Source: Anaerolineae bacterium
Lineage (GTDB): Bacteria; Chloroflexota; Anaerolineae; S140-20
DNA: 64,000 nt
Assembly: GCA_027021705.1 (NCBI GenBank)
Contig: JALUTT010000099.1
Span: 1-64,000 of the forward strand
Reading direction: 5' to 3'
The number at the start of each line of letters is the position of its first letter. The first letter of the stretch is position 1. Positions 41,252-50,744 of the stretch are shown here, piece by piece. Under the pieces are notes generated by a model that ran no database searches, was not told where the DNA came from, and saw only the letters and a program-made list of their open reading frames with translations. A program made the position numbers and the translations under genes.

Positions 41252-42994
41252 ATGGGGCTCAACCTGAAGGGACTCACCCAGCAGCAGCGCGTCTTCCTGT
41301 TCCTCGTCGCTTACCGATGGGCCAGTCTGTTGCCCGCCCTGTGGGTCTTCCACCCCCGTAACCCAGACGCGCCGATCCCGCTGGCCGGCATCCTGGCGCT
41401 GGCGGCCGGCATCACCCTGTCGGTGACCGTCTTCCACCGGCGTCTGAACCGCCTGCTGATCCGGCATCCCTACATCCTGGGAGCGGATATGGTCCTGGCG
41501 GCGGCCATCCTGGGGGTCAGCGGAGGGGCCCACAGCCCCTACTACCTGTACGCCCTGAGCCCGCTGCTGGCCGGCGCCTTCTTCTTCCAGATGCGGGGGG
41601 CCATCGCCGCCGCCGCTGCTTTCACCCCCCTCTTCCTCCTCGCCACCGCCCTGGGGTACCACCTGCACAGGCTCTCCATCACCCCCCAGACCTTCATCAC
41701 TCAGATGGCCGGCCTCTGGCTCATCCCCCTCCTCTTCGGCTATCCCTCGGTGCTGCTGAAACGGCTGCGGCAGGCCCATCACGCGCTGCAGGAGGCCCGT
41801 GACGATCTGGCCCGCCAGAACGTTGAACTGAACGCCGCCCACCGCCAGTTGCGGATCATCCACGACCTGACCGTCTCCCTCCAGGCCGCCCCCGACATCC
41901 AGTCCGTCCAGCAGCGGGTGCTCCAGGCCGTCACGGGGGAACTGGGCTTCCCTCGCGCCGTCGTCGGCCTGGTGAATCCGATGTTGCAACGGCTGGAGAA
42001 CTGGCGGGCCTATCCCCAAGACGAGAGGCCACCGGGGCCGGTGGCCCCGCTCCCCCTACACCCTCGAAGCGGCCTGCTGGTGCAACAGCTTCTGGATCGC
42101 CAACCCTTTCAGTGGGCCGAGGGACCGGCACTGACCACAGACGAGGCGCTGAACCGATGGTTGGGACCGGGCCCTTGGCTCATCCTGCCCCTGGTGCTGC
42201 GGGAACACCCGGTTGGCCTCCTGCTGGTCGCTCTGGAAGCGCCCTTGATCTCCCTGCCTGAAGAGCGCCTGGCAATGCTGACCTCGGTGGCCGGCCAGGC
42301 CGCCGTCGCCCTGGGCACGACGATGCTGTGCATAGACCGGGCCTGGCGGCTGGCGGTGGAGCAGGAGCGGAACCGGATCGCCCGCGACATCCACGACACC
42401 GTGGCCCAGTCCCTCTTCGGCATCGTCTTCACCCTGGATGCATGCACCAAGATGCTGCCGGAGCAGGTGGAGAAGGTGCAACAGGAGCTGGTGGAACTGC
42501 GAGACCTGGCCAGTCGGGTGCGGGACCAGGTGCGCCAGTCCATCTTCGACATCTGGCCCTCGACGCTGACGCTGGAACGGTTCAAGGCCGACCTGCGCAA
42601 GTACGTGGCCCATTGCAGCCGCCCCCGGGCCTTCCACGTGGACTTCCGCACCGGCGGCGATTTCGACCGGCTGTCACCGGCCATCCGGCGCAGCCTCTAC
42701 CGGGTGGCGCAGGAGGCCCTGGCCAACGTCGTCCGCCACGCCGGGGTGAACTCGGCCCAGGTCTGCCTCCGGGTGGAGCCCAACGCGGTCTACCTGAGCA
42801 TCCGGGATCACGGACGGGGCTTCGATCCGGCGACGGTGCTGGCCCGGGAGCACAACCGGGAGCGTTTCGGCCTGCGGGGGGTCCGGGAGCGCATTCACGC
42901 CTTGGGGGGGGAGTGTGAGATCCTCAGCCGCCTGGGCGAGGGCACCCAGATTCTGGTCCGTCTACCGGTCAACGGGAGGGATGGCCGTGGGTGA
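41252..42994 (+). CDS. Membrane sensor histidine kinase (GAF, HisKA_3, HATPase)
   Basis: TMs, GAF-like region, ERNRIARDIHD, QEALANVVRHA, DHGRGF. Confidence 0.92.
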   Translation: MGLNLKGLTQQQRVFLFLVAYRWASLLPALWVFHPRNPDAPIPLAGILALAAGITLSVTVFHRRLNRLLIRHPYILGADMVLAAAILGVSGGAHSPYYLYALSPLLAGAFFFQMRGAIAAAAAFTPLFLLATALGYHLHRLSITPQTFITQMAGLWLIPLLFGYPSVLLKRLRQAHHALQEARDDLARQNVELNAAHRQLRIIHDLTVSLQAAPDIQSVQQRVLQAVTGELGFPRAVVGLVNPMLQRLENWRAYPQDERPPGPVAPLPLHPRSGLLVQQLLDRQPFQWAEGPALTTDEALNRWLGPGPWLILPLVLREHPVGLLLVALEAPLISLPEERLAMLTSVAGQAAVALGTTMLCIDRAWRLAVEQERNRIARDIHDTVAQSLFGIVFTLDACTKMLPEQVEKVQQELVELRDLASRVRDQVRQSIFDIWPSTLTLERFKADLRKYVAHCSRPRAFHVDFRTGGDFDRLSPAIRRSLYRVAQEALANVVRHAGVNSAQVCLRVEPNAVYLSIRDHGRGFDPATVLAREHNRERFGLRGVRERIHALGGECEILSRLGEGTQILVRLPVNGRDGRG

Positions 42995-43646
42995 GGAACG
43001 CATCCGCATCCTGATCGTAGACGACCACGCCATCGTGCGCAAGGGGTTGGCGATGGTGCTCCGGCTGGAGCCCGACTTCGAGGTGGTGGGGGAGGCGGAG
43101 AACGGGCGCAGGGCCATCGAGTTGGCCCGGGCGCTGCGCCCTGACCTGGTGCTGCTGGACCTGAAGATGCCGGGGATGGACGGCGAGGAGGTGGCCGCCG
43201 CGCTGCGGGCCAACCTCCCCAACGTCCGGCTGCTGGTGCTGACGGGCATGGAGCTGGACGAAGGGCTGGTGGACACGCTGGCGGCCGGCGTGGACGGCTA
43301 CATCCTGAAGGACGTAGAACCCGATGAGTTGGCCCAGGCCATCCGGGCGGTGGCCCGGGGCGAGGCCTACCTGCACCCGGCGGTGGCCCGGCGGCTCCTG
43401 GACCGGCTGGCGACCCGACCGATGGCCCCGCCCCCTCCTGCTGCCCGCCTCACCCCCCGCGAGCTGGAGGTGCTGCGCTGGATGGCGACGCCGGCCACCT
43501 ATCGGGAGATCGCCGAGCACCTCGTCGTCAGCGAGGAGACGGTGCGCAGCCACGCCAAGCGGATCCTGAGCAAGCTCCAGCAGCCCAACCGGGCCCAGGC
43601 GGTGCTGGCGGCCGTGCGGGCCGGCCTCATCGAACTGCCGGAGTAG
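42981..43646 (+). CDS. NarL/LuxR-family response regulator
   Basis: IVDDH, LLDLKMP, GYILK, LTPRELEVL HTH. Confidence 0.93.
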   Translation: MAVGEERIRILIVDDHAIVRKGLAMVLRLEPDFEVVGEAENGRRAIELARALRPDLVLLDLKMPGMDGEEVAAALRANLPNVRLLVLTGMELDEGLVDTLAAGVDGYILKDVEPDELAQAIRAVARGEAYLHPAVARRLLDRLATRPMAPPPPAARLTPRELEVLRWMATPATYREIAEHLVVSEETVRSHAKRILSKLQQPNRAQAVLAAVRAGLIELPE

Positions 43647-43652
43647 GATCGG

Positions 43653-45101
43653 CTACCCCCCTTCCCCCATCCTCTCCTGCCGCTGCCGGCGGGCCAGGAG
43701 GGCACGGATGCGGGCGTGCCGCTCCCGGGTGATGGGGTAGAACCAGGCGACGACGATGGCGCTCAGGAGCAGCACCGCCCCCATCGGGCCGGTGAGGATG
43801 CGGATGGCGGTCAGGGTGATGGGCGCCTGCTGGAAGCGGGTCACCCCCTCCGGTGGGGCCTGGTAACCGAACCACCCCAGCACCTGCAGGGCGAGGAAGA
43901 TGGCCGCTGCCTCTGTCAGCTTGCGGATGAAGTTCTTGACCCCGTAGTAGGTCCCCTCGTGACGCCGCCGGGTGCGCAGCTCATCCCACTCGATCACGTC
44001 GGGGAAGATGGCATCGGGCAGCACGTGGGCGGTGGAGACGCTGATGCCGGCCAGCACCGCCAGCACCAGGATGAACCCGATCTGGCCGGGCTGGATCAGG
44101 ATGATGAGCCCCTGCACCACCGCCCAGAAGCTCATCCCCACGATGTAGGCGATCCGCTTGCCCAGCCGGTGGGCCAGCCAGGTCCACAACGGCAGCGCAG
44201 CCACGGCGACGATGAGCAGCAGCCCCAGCACCACCGACTCCAGGGCGATCCCCTCGCCGAAGAGGTTGACGGAGGCCAACAGGTCCCCCTCGGCCACCCA
44301 GTAGACCAGGAAGAAGGGGAGCATCAGCGCCACCAGGTCGAAGGTGATCCAGTTAAGCACGTAGAGGCCGGTGGCGAAGCGGAAGGGGATGTTGCGCCAG
44401 GCCGTGCGCAAGGTCTCCCGGAAGGGAGTGGGGTTCTGGGCCAGGACGGCGCTCTCAGGCCGCTCGTAGACGACGAAGAACATCAGCAGGAAGGGCAACG
44501 CCGCCAGCCCCCCGAAGAGGGCCGCCACGATCAGGTAGCCCTGTTGCATCGAGAGCCCCCGCTGGACCGCCGTGTCCACGATGATGGGGGCGGCCACCGC
44601 CGTCGCCAGCGAGGCCATCAGGTTGAAGAACATCCGATAGCCCGTCAGCGAGGTCCGTTCGTCGTAGTCCAGCGTCATCTCCGGCGTGAGGGTGAAGAAG
44701 GGGACCGCCACCAGTGTCTGGAGGGTGTCGCTGATCATAAAGGCCAGGCTCACCGTGATCATCAGGGCGATCTGGCTCTGCCAGGGCGGGGCCCACCAGA
44801 GGAGTAGGAAGCTGAAGCCGAAGGGGATGGCGAAGAAGAGCAGGAAAGGCCGCCGACGCCCCCATCGCGTCTGGATGCGGTCGCTGAGCAGCCCCACCAG
44901 CGGGTCGTTGAGGGCATCCCAGATGATGCCCGCCAGCGCGGCCACCGAGGCCAGCCGGGGCTCCAACCCCACCACGTCGGTGAGGAAGATGGCGTAGAAG
45001 ATCTGACGCAGCGTGCCAAAGCTGGCCAGCCCCCAGTCGCCGGAGCCGTAGATCAGCTTGGTCCAGAAGGAGAGCCGAGAGGAGGGCAGGCGGTCGGGCA
45101 T
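43653..45101 (-). CDS. MFS transporter, GPH/MFS_2 (MelB/MFSD2-like) family
   Basis: WDALNDPLVG.LSDR..TRWGRRRP, DYDERTSL, EGTYYG. Confidence 0.9.
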   Translation of the reverse strand: MPDRLPSSRLSFWTKLIYGSGDWGLASFGTLRQIFYAIFLTDVVGLEPRLASVAALAGIIWDALNDPLVGLLSDRIQTRWGRRRPFLLFFAIPFGFSFLLLWWAPPWQSQIALMITVSLAFMISDTLQTLVAVPFFTLTPEMTLDYDERTSLTGYRMFFNLMASLATAVAAPIIVDTAVQRGLSMQQGYLIVAALFGGLAALPFLLMFFVVYERPESAVLAQNPTPFRETLRTAWRNIPFRFATGLYVLNWITFDLVALMLPFFLVYWVAEGDLLASVNLFGEGIALESVVLGLLLIVAVAALPLWTWLAHRLGKRIAYIVGMSFWAVVQGLIILIQPGQIGFILVLAVLAGISVSTAHVLPDAIFPDVIEWDELRTRRRHEGTYYGVKNFIRKLTEAAAIFLALQVLGWFGYQAPPEGVTRFQQAPITLTAIRILTGPMGAVLLLSAIVVAWFYPITRERHARIRALLARRQRQERMGEGG

Positions 45102-46564
45102 CAGGTCCTCCTTTCAGGTCGGGTCAATCGGTCCAGGAAGTCCAGCACGACTTCGTGGATGTCTCCCCGGTTGGGCAGGGTGCCCATCATCCCGTACATC
45201 GCCGCCGAGCGTCGGGGGAGCCCCCCATCCCTCCCGCCCAGCAGGGCGGAGAAACGGCGGGTCAGGCGGCTGAGGAGGCCGGCAGGCAGCACCCGCGTGA
45301 TGGCCTGGGCCAGCGCCAGCGTCACGGCGTGGCCGATGCGGTGCACGCTGGGCCGCCGGACGGCCTGAGCGGCCTCGGCCAGGTCGGCCAGGAAGGCGTC
45401 GGCCACCTCGGCATGGGCCGGTGTCACCGTCAGGTGCAGGCTGGGGGGGAGGTGCTGCCGGTCCAGGTGCCAGCCGCGCAGCGTCATCTCGTCGGCGACT
45501 TCGTAGACGTCCAGCCCCTCGGAGCCGATGGCCAGCAGGCTCATGTCGGGGTCACCCAGCACCTTCAGCCCTTCGATGGCCTCGATCCCTGCCCGCAGCT
45601 TCTGGGTCGTCTTCATCACCCGGTCGGCCAGGGCCAGGTAGCCCTCCTCGCCCAGGTAGCGGATGACGGCCCAGGCGGCGGCGATGGTGCCGGCCGGGCG
45701 GGTGCCGGCGATGGCGGGGGAGGCGTAGATGCCGCCGGGCCAGTCGGTGTAGACGAAGAACTGGTGCCGGCGCAGCGCCCCATCCCGGTAGAGGATCAGC
45801 GAGGTCCCCTTGGCCGCGTAGCCGTACTTGTGCAGGTCGGCCGAGATGGAGGTCACGCCCGGCACACGGAAGTCGAAGTCGGGCACGGGGTAGCCCAGCT
45901 TGCGGAGGAAGGGGAGCATGAAGCCGCCGACGCAGGCGTCCACGTGGCAGAGGATGCCGTGCTCCTGAGCGATCTGGGCCAGCGCCGGGATGGGGTCCAC
46001 GACGCCGTGGGGGTAGGCGGGGGCGGAGCCGACGATGAGGATGGTGTTGGGGGTGACGGCGGCCCGGACGGCCTCCACGTCGGCCCGGAAGTCGGGGCCG
46101 ACAGGGGTGTGGACCGGCTTGACGCCAAAGTAGTGGGCTGCCTTCTCGAAGGCGGGATGGGCGGTGAGGGGCAGGACCATCTCCGGCGTGCCGACGGCGG
46201 GCCGGGTCGCCCGCGCCCAATCACGGGCCGTCTTCACCGCCATCAGGACGCTCTCGGTGCCCCCTGAGGTGATCGTGCCCACCGTCTCCTCGTCGCCCCC
46301 TAGCAGGTCGGCGGCCATCGCCACGACCTCCGCCTCGAGCTGCCGGATGCTGGGGAAGGCGGTGGGGTTCAGCGCGTTCTCCGAGAAGAAGAGGGTGTAG
46401 GCCTCCCGCAGGAGTTCGGTCACGTCGTCGCCGGCGTGGTAGACGAGGCTCCAGACCTTCCCCTCCTGCCAGCGCACATCCTGCCGGCGGAGCTCCCGCA
46501 TTCGGGCCAGGACCTGCTCTCTGGACATCCCCTGGGCGGGGAAGGGGATTCCACCGCTGCCCAT
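45101..46564 (-). CDS. PLP-dependent lyase/decarboxylase, sphingosine-1-phosphate lyase-like
   Basis: TSGGTES, AHPAFEKAAHYFG, HVDACVGGF, SADLHKYGYAAKG. Confidence 0.82.
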   Translation of the reverse strand: MGSGGIPFPAQGMSREQVLARMRELRRQDVRWQEGKVWSLVYHAGDDVTELLREAYTLFFSENALNPTAFPSIRQLEAEVVAMAADLLGGDEETVGTITSGGTESVLMAVKTARDWARATRPAVGTPEMVLPLTAHPAFEKAAHYFGVKPVHTPVGPDFRADVEAVRAAVTPNTILIVGSAPAYPHGVVDPIPALAQIAQEHGILCHVDACVGGFMLPFLRKLGYPVPDFDFRVPGVTSISADLHKYGYAAKGTSLILYRDGALRRHQFFVYTDWPGGIYASPAIAGTRPAGTIAAAWAVIRYLGEEGYLALADRVMKTTQKLRAGIEAIEGLKVLGDPDMSLLAIGSEGLDVYEVADEMTLRGWHLDRQHLPPSLHLTVTPAHAEVADAFLADLAEAAQAVRRPSVHRIGHAVTLALAQAITRVLPAGLLSRLTRRFSALLGGRDGGLPRRSAAMYGMMGTLPNRGDIHEVVLDFLDRLTRPERRT

Positions 46565-46609
46565 AGGCACCTCCTTACACGCTGTGGCTTCTGGTAGAGG
46601 GGAGGCCCC

Positions 46610-46638
46610 ATTATAGCCCAAAGCGGACCGTTGCGCAA
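46610..46638 (-). promoter_or_regulatory. sigma70-type promoter of the lyase-MFS operon
   Basis: TTGCGC-17 bp-TATAAT on the minus strand. Confidence 0.65.
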
Positions 46639-46650
46639 CAGAGAACTCTC

Positions 46651-46780
46651 TGATGATCATCCACAAGGGAGCGAGAGAGTGGTCCGTAGCGGGCTGTCCA
46701 CGAATTTCTCGCGAATGCACGAATGAGGCGGTCCTCAATTCGTGTATTCGTGCCCCATTCGTGGACGGCTAACCTCCCTA
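46651..46780. repeat. Family A element, copy 2 (inverted)
   Basis: Near-identical to the reverse complement of about 709-838. Confidence 0.88.
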
Positions 46781-46786
46781 AACGGA

Positions 46787-46820
46787 GCCGGGTGGCGAGG
46801 GTTTTTCCTCGCCACCCGGC
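46787..46820 (-). terminator. Strong hairpin, probable terminator of the large surface-protein gene
   Basis: GCCGGGTGGCGAGG-N6-CCTCGCCACCCGGC (14-bp stem). Confidence 0.6.
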
Positions 46821-46875
46821 CTTTCCCATCCTCAACGCTGGGCGGTGGACGGTGGGCTCAGGACCGCCTGCTGTC

Positions 46876-49800
46876 CTACCCGCCCTTCAGCACCACCGGC
46901 AGGTAGAGGTGAAGCTCCTGGGTGCTGAAGGACCAGACGTAGTTGCTCGACAGGGGGTTGCCCGAGGTGTCCCGGATCCCCGTCGTCAGGGTCGCCGTGT
47001 ACCGCGTCCCCCATCGGAGCGGCTGGGCAGGGAGGAAGCGAGCCGAATAGTTGAGGCCGTTGTAGGTCACCTGCCCGGAGACCCGGTTCCCCTTGGCATC
47101 GGTCAGGAAGAAGGTGTCATTGGTCAGCGTAGTGGCGCTGATCGGCTCGGAGAACCTGACCCAGATGTATGGCCGATAGATGCCGGGGGCGGTCTGGACG
47201 GTGAAGACAGGCACGTCCTTCGTCCCGCTCGCCGGCGATGTGCTCTGCACCGTCGGTGGCGTGGTCTCGCTACCGGGGCGCACCAGGATGCTCACCTCGG
47301 CGGGGGCACTCTCGGTCACCCCGTTGCTCACCCGGAAGGTGAAGCGGTCCATCCCCTCGAAGTTGGCCATCGGCGTGTAGGTGATCACCGGCGGCGTCCC
47401 CACCAGCGTCCCGTAGGACGGGGTGGTGACGAGGGTGTAGGTCAGGTAGCTCAGGGTGCCAACGCCCACCGTCGCCCCGGTGAGGGTGATCACCTTCGAC
47501 ACCCCCTCCACCGTCTCCACTTCCTGCGGATAGGCCACCACCGTCCCCACGAGGGTCACCACCGGGTTGGTCGGGGTCTCTTCGGGAACGCTGGGGAAGT
47601 AGACGGTGGCGCTGTTGACGATCTTCGTGCCGCTGACGACGGTGGAAGGCACCTGGACGCTGAAGTGAAGGGTTCCGCCCGCCCGCGACGCCACCTCGCC
47701 CACCTGCCAGATGATGGTGCGGGTGCTGGCGACGTAGACCCCATCGTCCTGGAGGTTCAGGGTGCTCTCATCCAGGACGGCGGGGAGCTTGTCGGTGACG
47801 TAGACGCCGTAGGCGGTGCCGGCGCCCTCGTTCTCGTACTCGACGGTGTAGGTGATCACCTGACCGGGCAGGGCACAAGCCGGGCCGTATTTGGCGTTGG
47901 GGTCGTGGGCACCGGTGACCTCCGAGGGCAGCTCATCGGTAGGGCCACAGGCCCCGTTGACGCAGCTCTCCCCCTCCGGACACTCGGAGTAGGAGGGTGG
48001 GCCCAGTGCTCCGGTGACGGGATCGCACTCCCGCTCCTCGACCCAGCTCCCGCTCCCGCCGGTGGTGACAACCGAGGGCCACATCTCCAAGGACTGAGAA
48101 GCTGCACCGCTATCGGGTGCCGGCCCACAGGAGGCGATCGGTTTGCACGGCTGGGGCTTCTGGCACTTGTCTAGGCAGTCGGCGATGTCCAGGGCAATCC
48201 CCAGGAGGGGGACCTTGCGGGCCAGGACGCCGACCCCACAGCCCAAGCATCCCCGCGCATCGCCCTGCCCACATCGGAAGCAGTCCGCCGCCATAAAGGC
48301 CACATCTACGATGGGGAAGAGCTTCCCGAGGATCCACCACGGGATCTGGCCGCCGATGCAACCAAGCAGGCAGCTCGACGAAGAGCCCGAGCCGGTCTCG
48401 CTGCCCGCCTCCAGGTCCATCGCGATGCTCCCATCGCTGGTCAGGATCCCAAACTGGCTGCCCGCATACGTCTCGACGAAGACGGAGCCGGCATAGACGT
48501 TGATGATCCAGATTTCGTGCTCATCGGGCTTCAGCAGCGCCAGTTGGGTGGTCTCTGTGACCTGCCCTCCGACGTCAACGGTGAGCTTGTAGCCGGCCTT
48601 GTCAAAGCGGAAGCCCTTGCTCTGACCAAGCTGGACGAACTGGAGGACCTCCGGGTTGTTGTTCAGGAGGTCGTCCACCTCGGCTTCGGTCATCTCCCGT
48701 CCGGTGATCACGACGGCGGGCTGGAACGCCAGGTACTCGTCCAGGTCAATCCGGGGGTTGGGGTAGTTGCGGGCGGCTGCCGTCACTCGGAAGCTCTGGA
48801 GCATTCCGTTGCGCAGGCCCCACAGGTACTGGACCCGGACGCTGAGCACGCCGCTCTGCCCCGGTCCAACGTCCCCCAGCTTCCACACCACCTGGTTCCG
48901 TTCGAGCCAGTAGAGCCCACCGCCGGTGCTGGAGAGGTAAACGGCGTACTCGGGCAGCTGGGCCACGATTACCACATCCTGCAGGGTGCCGGTGAGGGGA
49001 TTCTGGTAGGCGACGGCGTAGTCCACTGTCTGGCCTGGACTCACATTCTGCGGCCCGCTGGGCCGCAGCACCAGCGTCGCACTCACCGCCCCCACCTGCT
49101 CCAGTTGAAGCTGATAGGTTCCCGTCCCGTCGCCATCCCGGTCGCCAACGAAGATGGCGTAGTCACCGGCAACGGGCAAGGTCATAGACACCACCGGCTT
49201 CTGGTCGGCCGTCCCCTGATACATCACGAACCCTTCGGGTCCCACCAACCATGTCTTCGGGACCAGCGACCCGGAGATGGAAAAGGTGGAGACCCGGATC
49301 ACGTCGCCGGCCTGGGCGGTGAAGGTGTACGGATCCGTCTCGAGAAACGAGCCAATGGTGCGGGTGACCGTCTCACCGTAGGTGAGGCGATCGGCGCCTG
49401 TCGGCCCGTTGGTGCGCTGAAGGTAGAGGCCGTAGACCCTTCCCTCATAGAGCCTTGCCCAATCCCCCGCCAAGAGCGTGTAAGTCCCGGTGGTGGGAAG
49501 GGACTGGAACAGTTCGGAGAGCATGTTCTCCCGCCCTTCGGCGAGGAGACTCCCATCTGGACCGTAGAGTCGGAGCAGAGGGTAGAGGGTGCCGCTGACG
49601 ACGGCCATACGGGAGAAGACCACATCGCCGGCGGTGGCCGTGAAGGTGTAAGTGCCCATCTCCGTCGCCAGCGTGAGCTCCCGGGTCACCACCGAGCCCA
49701 GGGCGATGGGCGTCGCGCTGCCGGGATCGTTCACCCGCTGGACGAAGAGGCTGAAATCGCCACCTACAAAGTCGGCGTCCTCCACCGTCATCGTGTAGAT

Positions 49801-50412
49801 GCCCGTGGACGTCACCGGCTGGGTGACCTCCAGCTCTCCTTGGCTGCCGACAGCGGTGTGGACCCGCGCGCCATCGGGGGCATACAGGCTGATCTGGGGA
49901 TTCACGAAACTGTCCTGTTCACTGGCCCAGATCAGGATGACATCCCCGTTGTTGGCTGCGAAGGTGTAGGTGACCACGTTCTCAGGAACGGGAATGGTCC
50001 CCGTCACCGTCTGTCCAAAGGTGAAGGGGATAGCGGCCGCGCTGGCGGTCTCCACCCCCAGGGTAGGCGGGGCGACCAGGGGACCGGCAACACCAGAGGA
50101 CGGAGTACCATCGGCAGCCTGGGGATCCCGTGGCTCAAGCACAGCAGGGACGGTCGGAAGAAGCCTCGCCCCTCCTCGCGACTCCCCCCCTGGGGGGGCG
50201 GAGGCCCCGGGAAGCCGCCTCATGCCAAAGGCGCTGTCGGGAATGGGAAGCGCTTCTCCCATCTCCTCCGCCGCCGGTCCTATCGGAACGGGTTGGCTGC
50301 TCGCACGGCCGGCGGGCAGAGGTCCAACGAAGCCGTGGAGAACCATTGGGGGTAGCAGGACGACGTACAGCAGCAGGCCGACCACACGCTTGGGGGATCC
50401 TCTGTAAGCCAT
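46876..50412 (-). CDS. Large secreted protein: PPC-like repeats, DUF11-like domains, Cys-rich insert, Ig-like (Big_5) domain, C-terminal YLPVVLK
   Basis: Signal-like N-terminus; YTF.A..GD repeats; DPNAKYGP; FSEPI...D.SGNPL...Y.WSFST. Confidence 0.8.
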   Translation of the reverse strand: MAYRGSPKRVVGLLLYVVLLPPMVLHGFVGPLPAGRASSQPVPIGPAAEEMGEALPIPDSAFGMRRLPGASAPPGGESRGGARLLPTVPAVLEPRDPQAADGTPSSGVAGPLVAPPTLGVETASAAAIPFTFGQTVTGTIPVPENVVTYTFAANNGDVILIWASEQDSFVNPQISLYAPDGARVHTAVGSQGELEVTQPVTSTGIYTMTVEDADFVGGDFSLFVQRVNDPGSATPIALGSVVTRELTLATEMGTYTFTATAGDVVFSRMAVVSGTLYPLLRLYGPDGSLLAEGRENMLSELFQSLPTTGTYTLLAGDWARLYEGRVYGLYLQRTNGPTGADRLTYGETVTRTIGSFLETDPYTFTAQAGDVIRVSTFSISGSLVPKTWLVGPEGFVMYQGTADQKPVVSMTLPVAGDYAIFVGDRDGDGTGTYQLQLEQVGAVSATLVLRPSGPQNVSPGQTVDYAVAYQNPLTGTLQDVVIVAQLPEYAVYLSSTGGGLYWLERNQVVWKLGDVGPGQSGVLSVRVQYLWGLRNGMLQSFRVTAAARNYPNPRIDLDEYLAFQPAVVITGREMTEAEVDDLLNNNPEVLQFVQLGQSKGFRFDKAGYKLTVDVGGQVTETTQLALLKPDEHEIWIINVYAGSVFVETYAGSQFGILTSDGSIAMDLEAGSETGSGSSSSCLLGCIGGQIPWWILGKLFPIVDVAFMAADCFRCGQGDARGCLGCGVGVLARKVPLLGIALDIADCLDKCQKPQPCKPIASCGPAPDSGAASQSLEMWPSVVTTGGSGSWVEERECDPVTGALGPPSYSECPEGESCVNGACGPTDELPSEVTGAHDPNAKYGPACALPGQVITYTVEYENEGAGTAYGVYVTDKLPAVLDESTLNLQDDGVYVASTRTIIWQVGEVASRAGGTLHFSVQVPSTVVSGTKIVNSATVYFPSVPEETPTNPVVTLVGTVVAYPQEVETVEGVSKVITLTGATVGVGTLSYLTYTLVTTPSYGTLVGTPPVITYTPMANFEGMDRFTFRVSNGVTESAPAEVSILVRPGSETTPPTVQSTSPASGTKDVPVFTVQTAPGIYRPYIWVRFSEPISATTLTNDTFFLTDAKGNRVSGQVTYNGLNYSARFLPAQPLRWGTRYTATLTTGIRDTSGNPLSSNYVWSFSTQELHLYLPVVLKGG

Positions 50413-50693
50413 CTTTCCCTCCTTTCTACAATGTTTGCCCCCCAACCTCCTAAACCGGCCAGGCCAACCGCCTCTCAGCTTTGGCGGAACCAACCTCCAC
50501 AGCAGCGTGTCCGGTCGGTCGAGACCATTTTATCACACCTCCCGGTGATCTCCAAGACCCCCGCCCCGGTCATAGGGCCTATCAATGCCCAAGCAAGACC
50601 CAACCGCAACACGGGTCGGGTTGGGTCCAGGCTTGCGCCGGGATCCCCATCCCCCCGTAGCTCGGGAATTCCCAGGCCGGGGCAAAGAGGCGA

Positions 50694-50720
50694 GAGGCGG
50701 AGGGTATGGCCCTCCGCCTC
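50694..50720 (-). terminator. Hairpin, probable terminator
   Basis: GAGGCGGAGGG-N5-CCCTCCGCCTC just after the 50745 stop. Confidence 0.65.
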
Positions 50721-50744
50721 GGTTCTTCCGAAGTCTCTTCCCGT

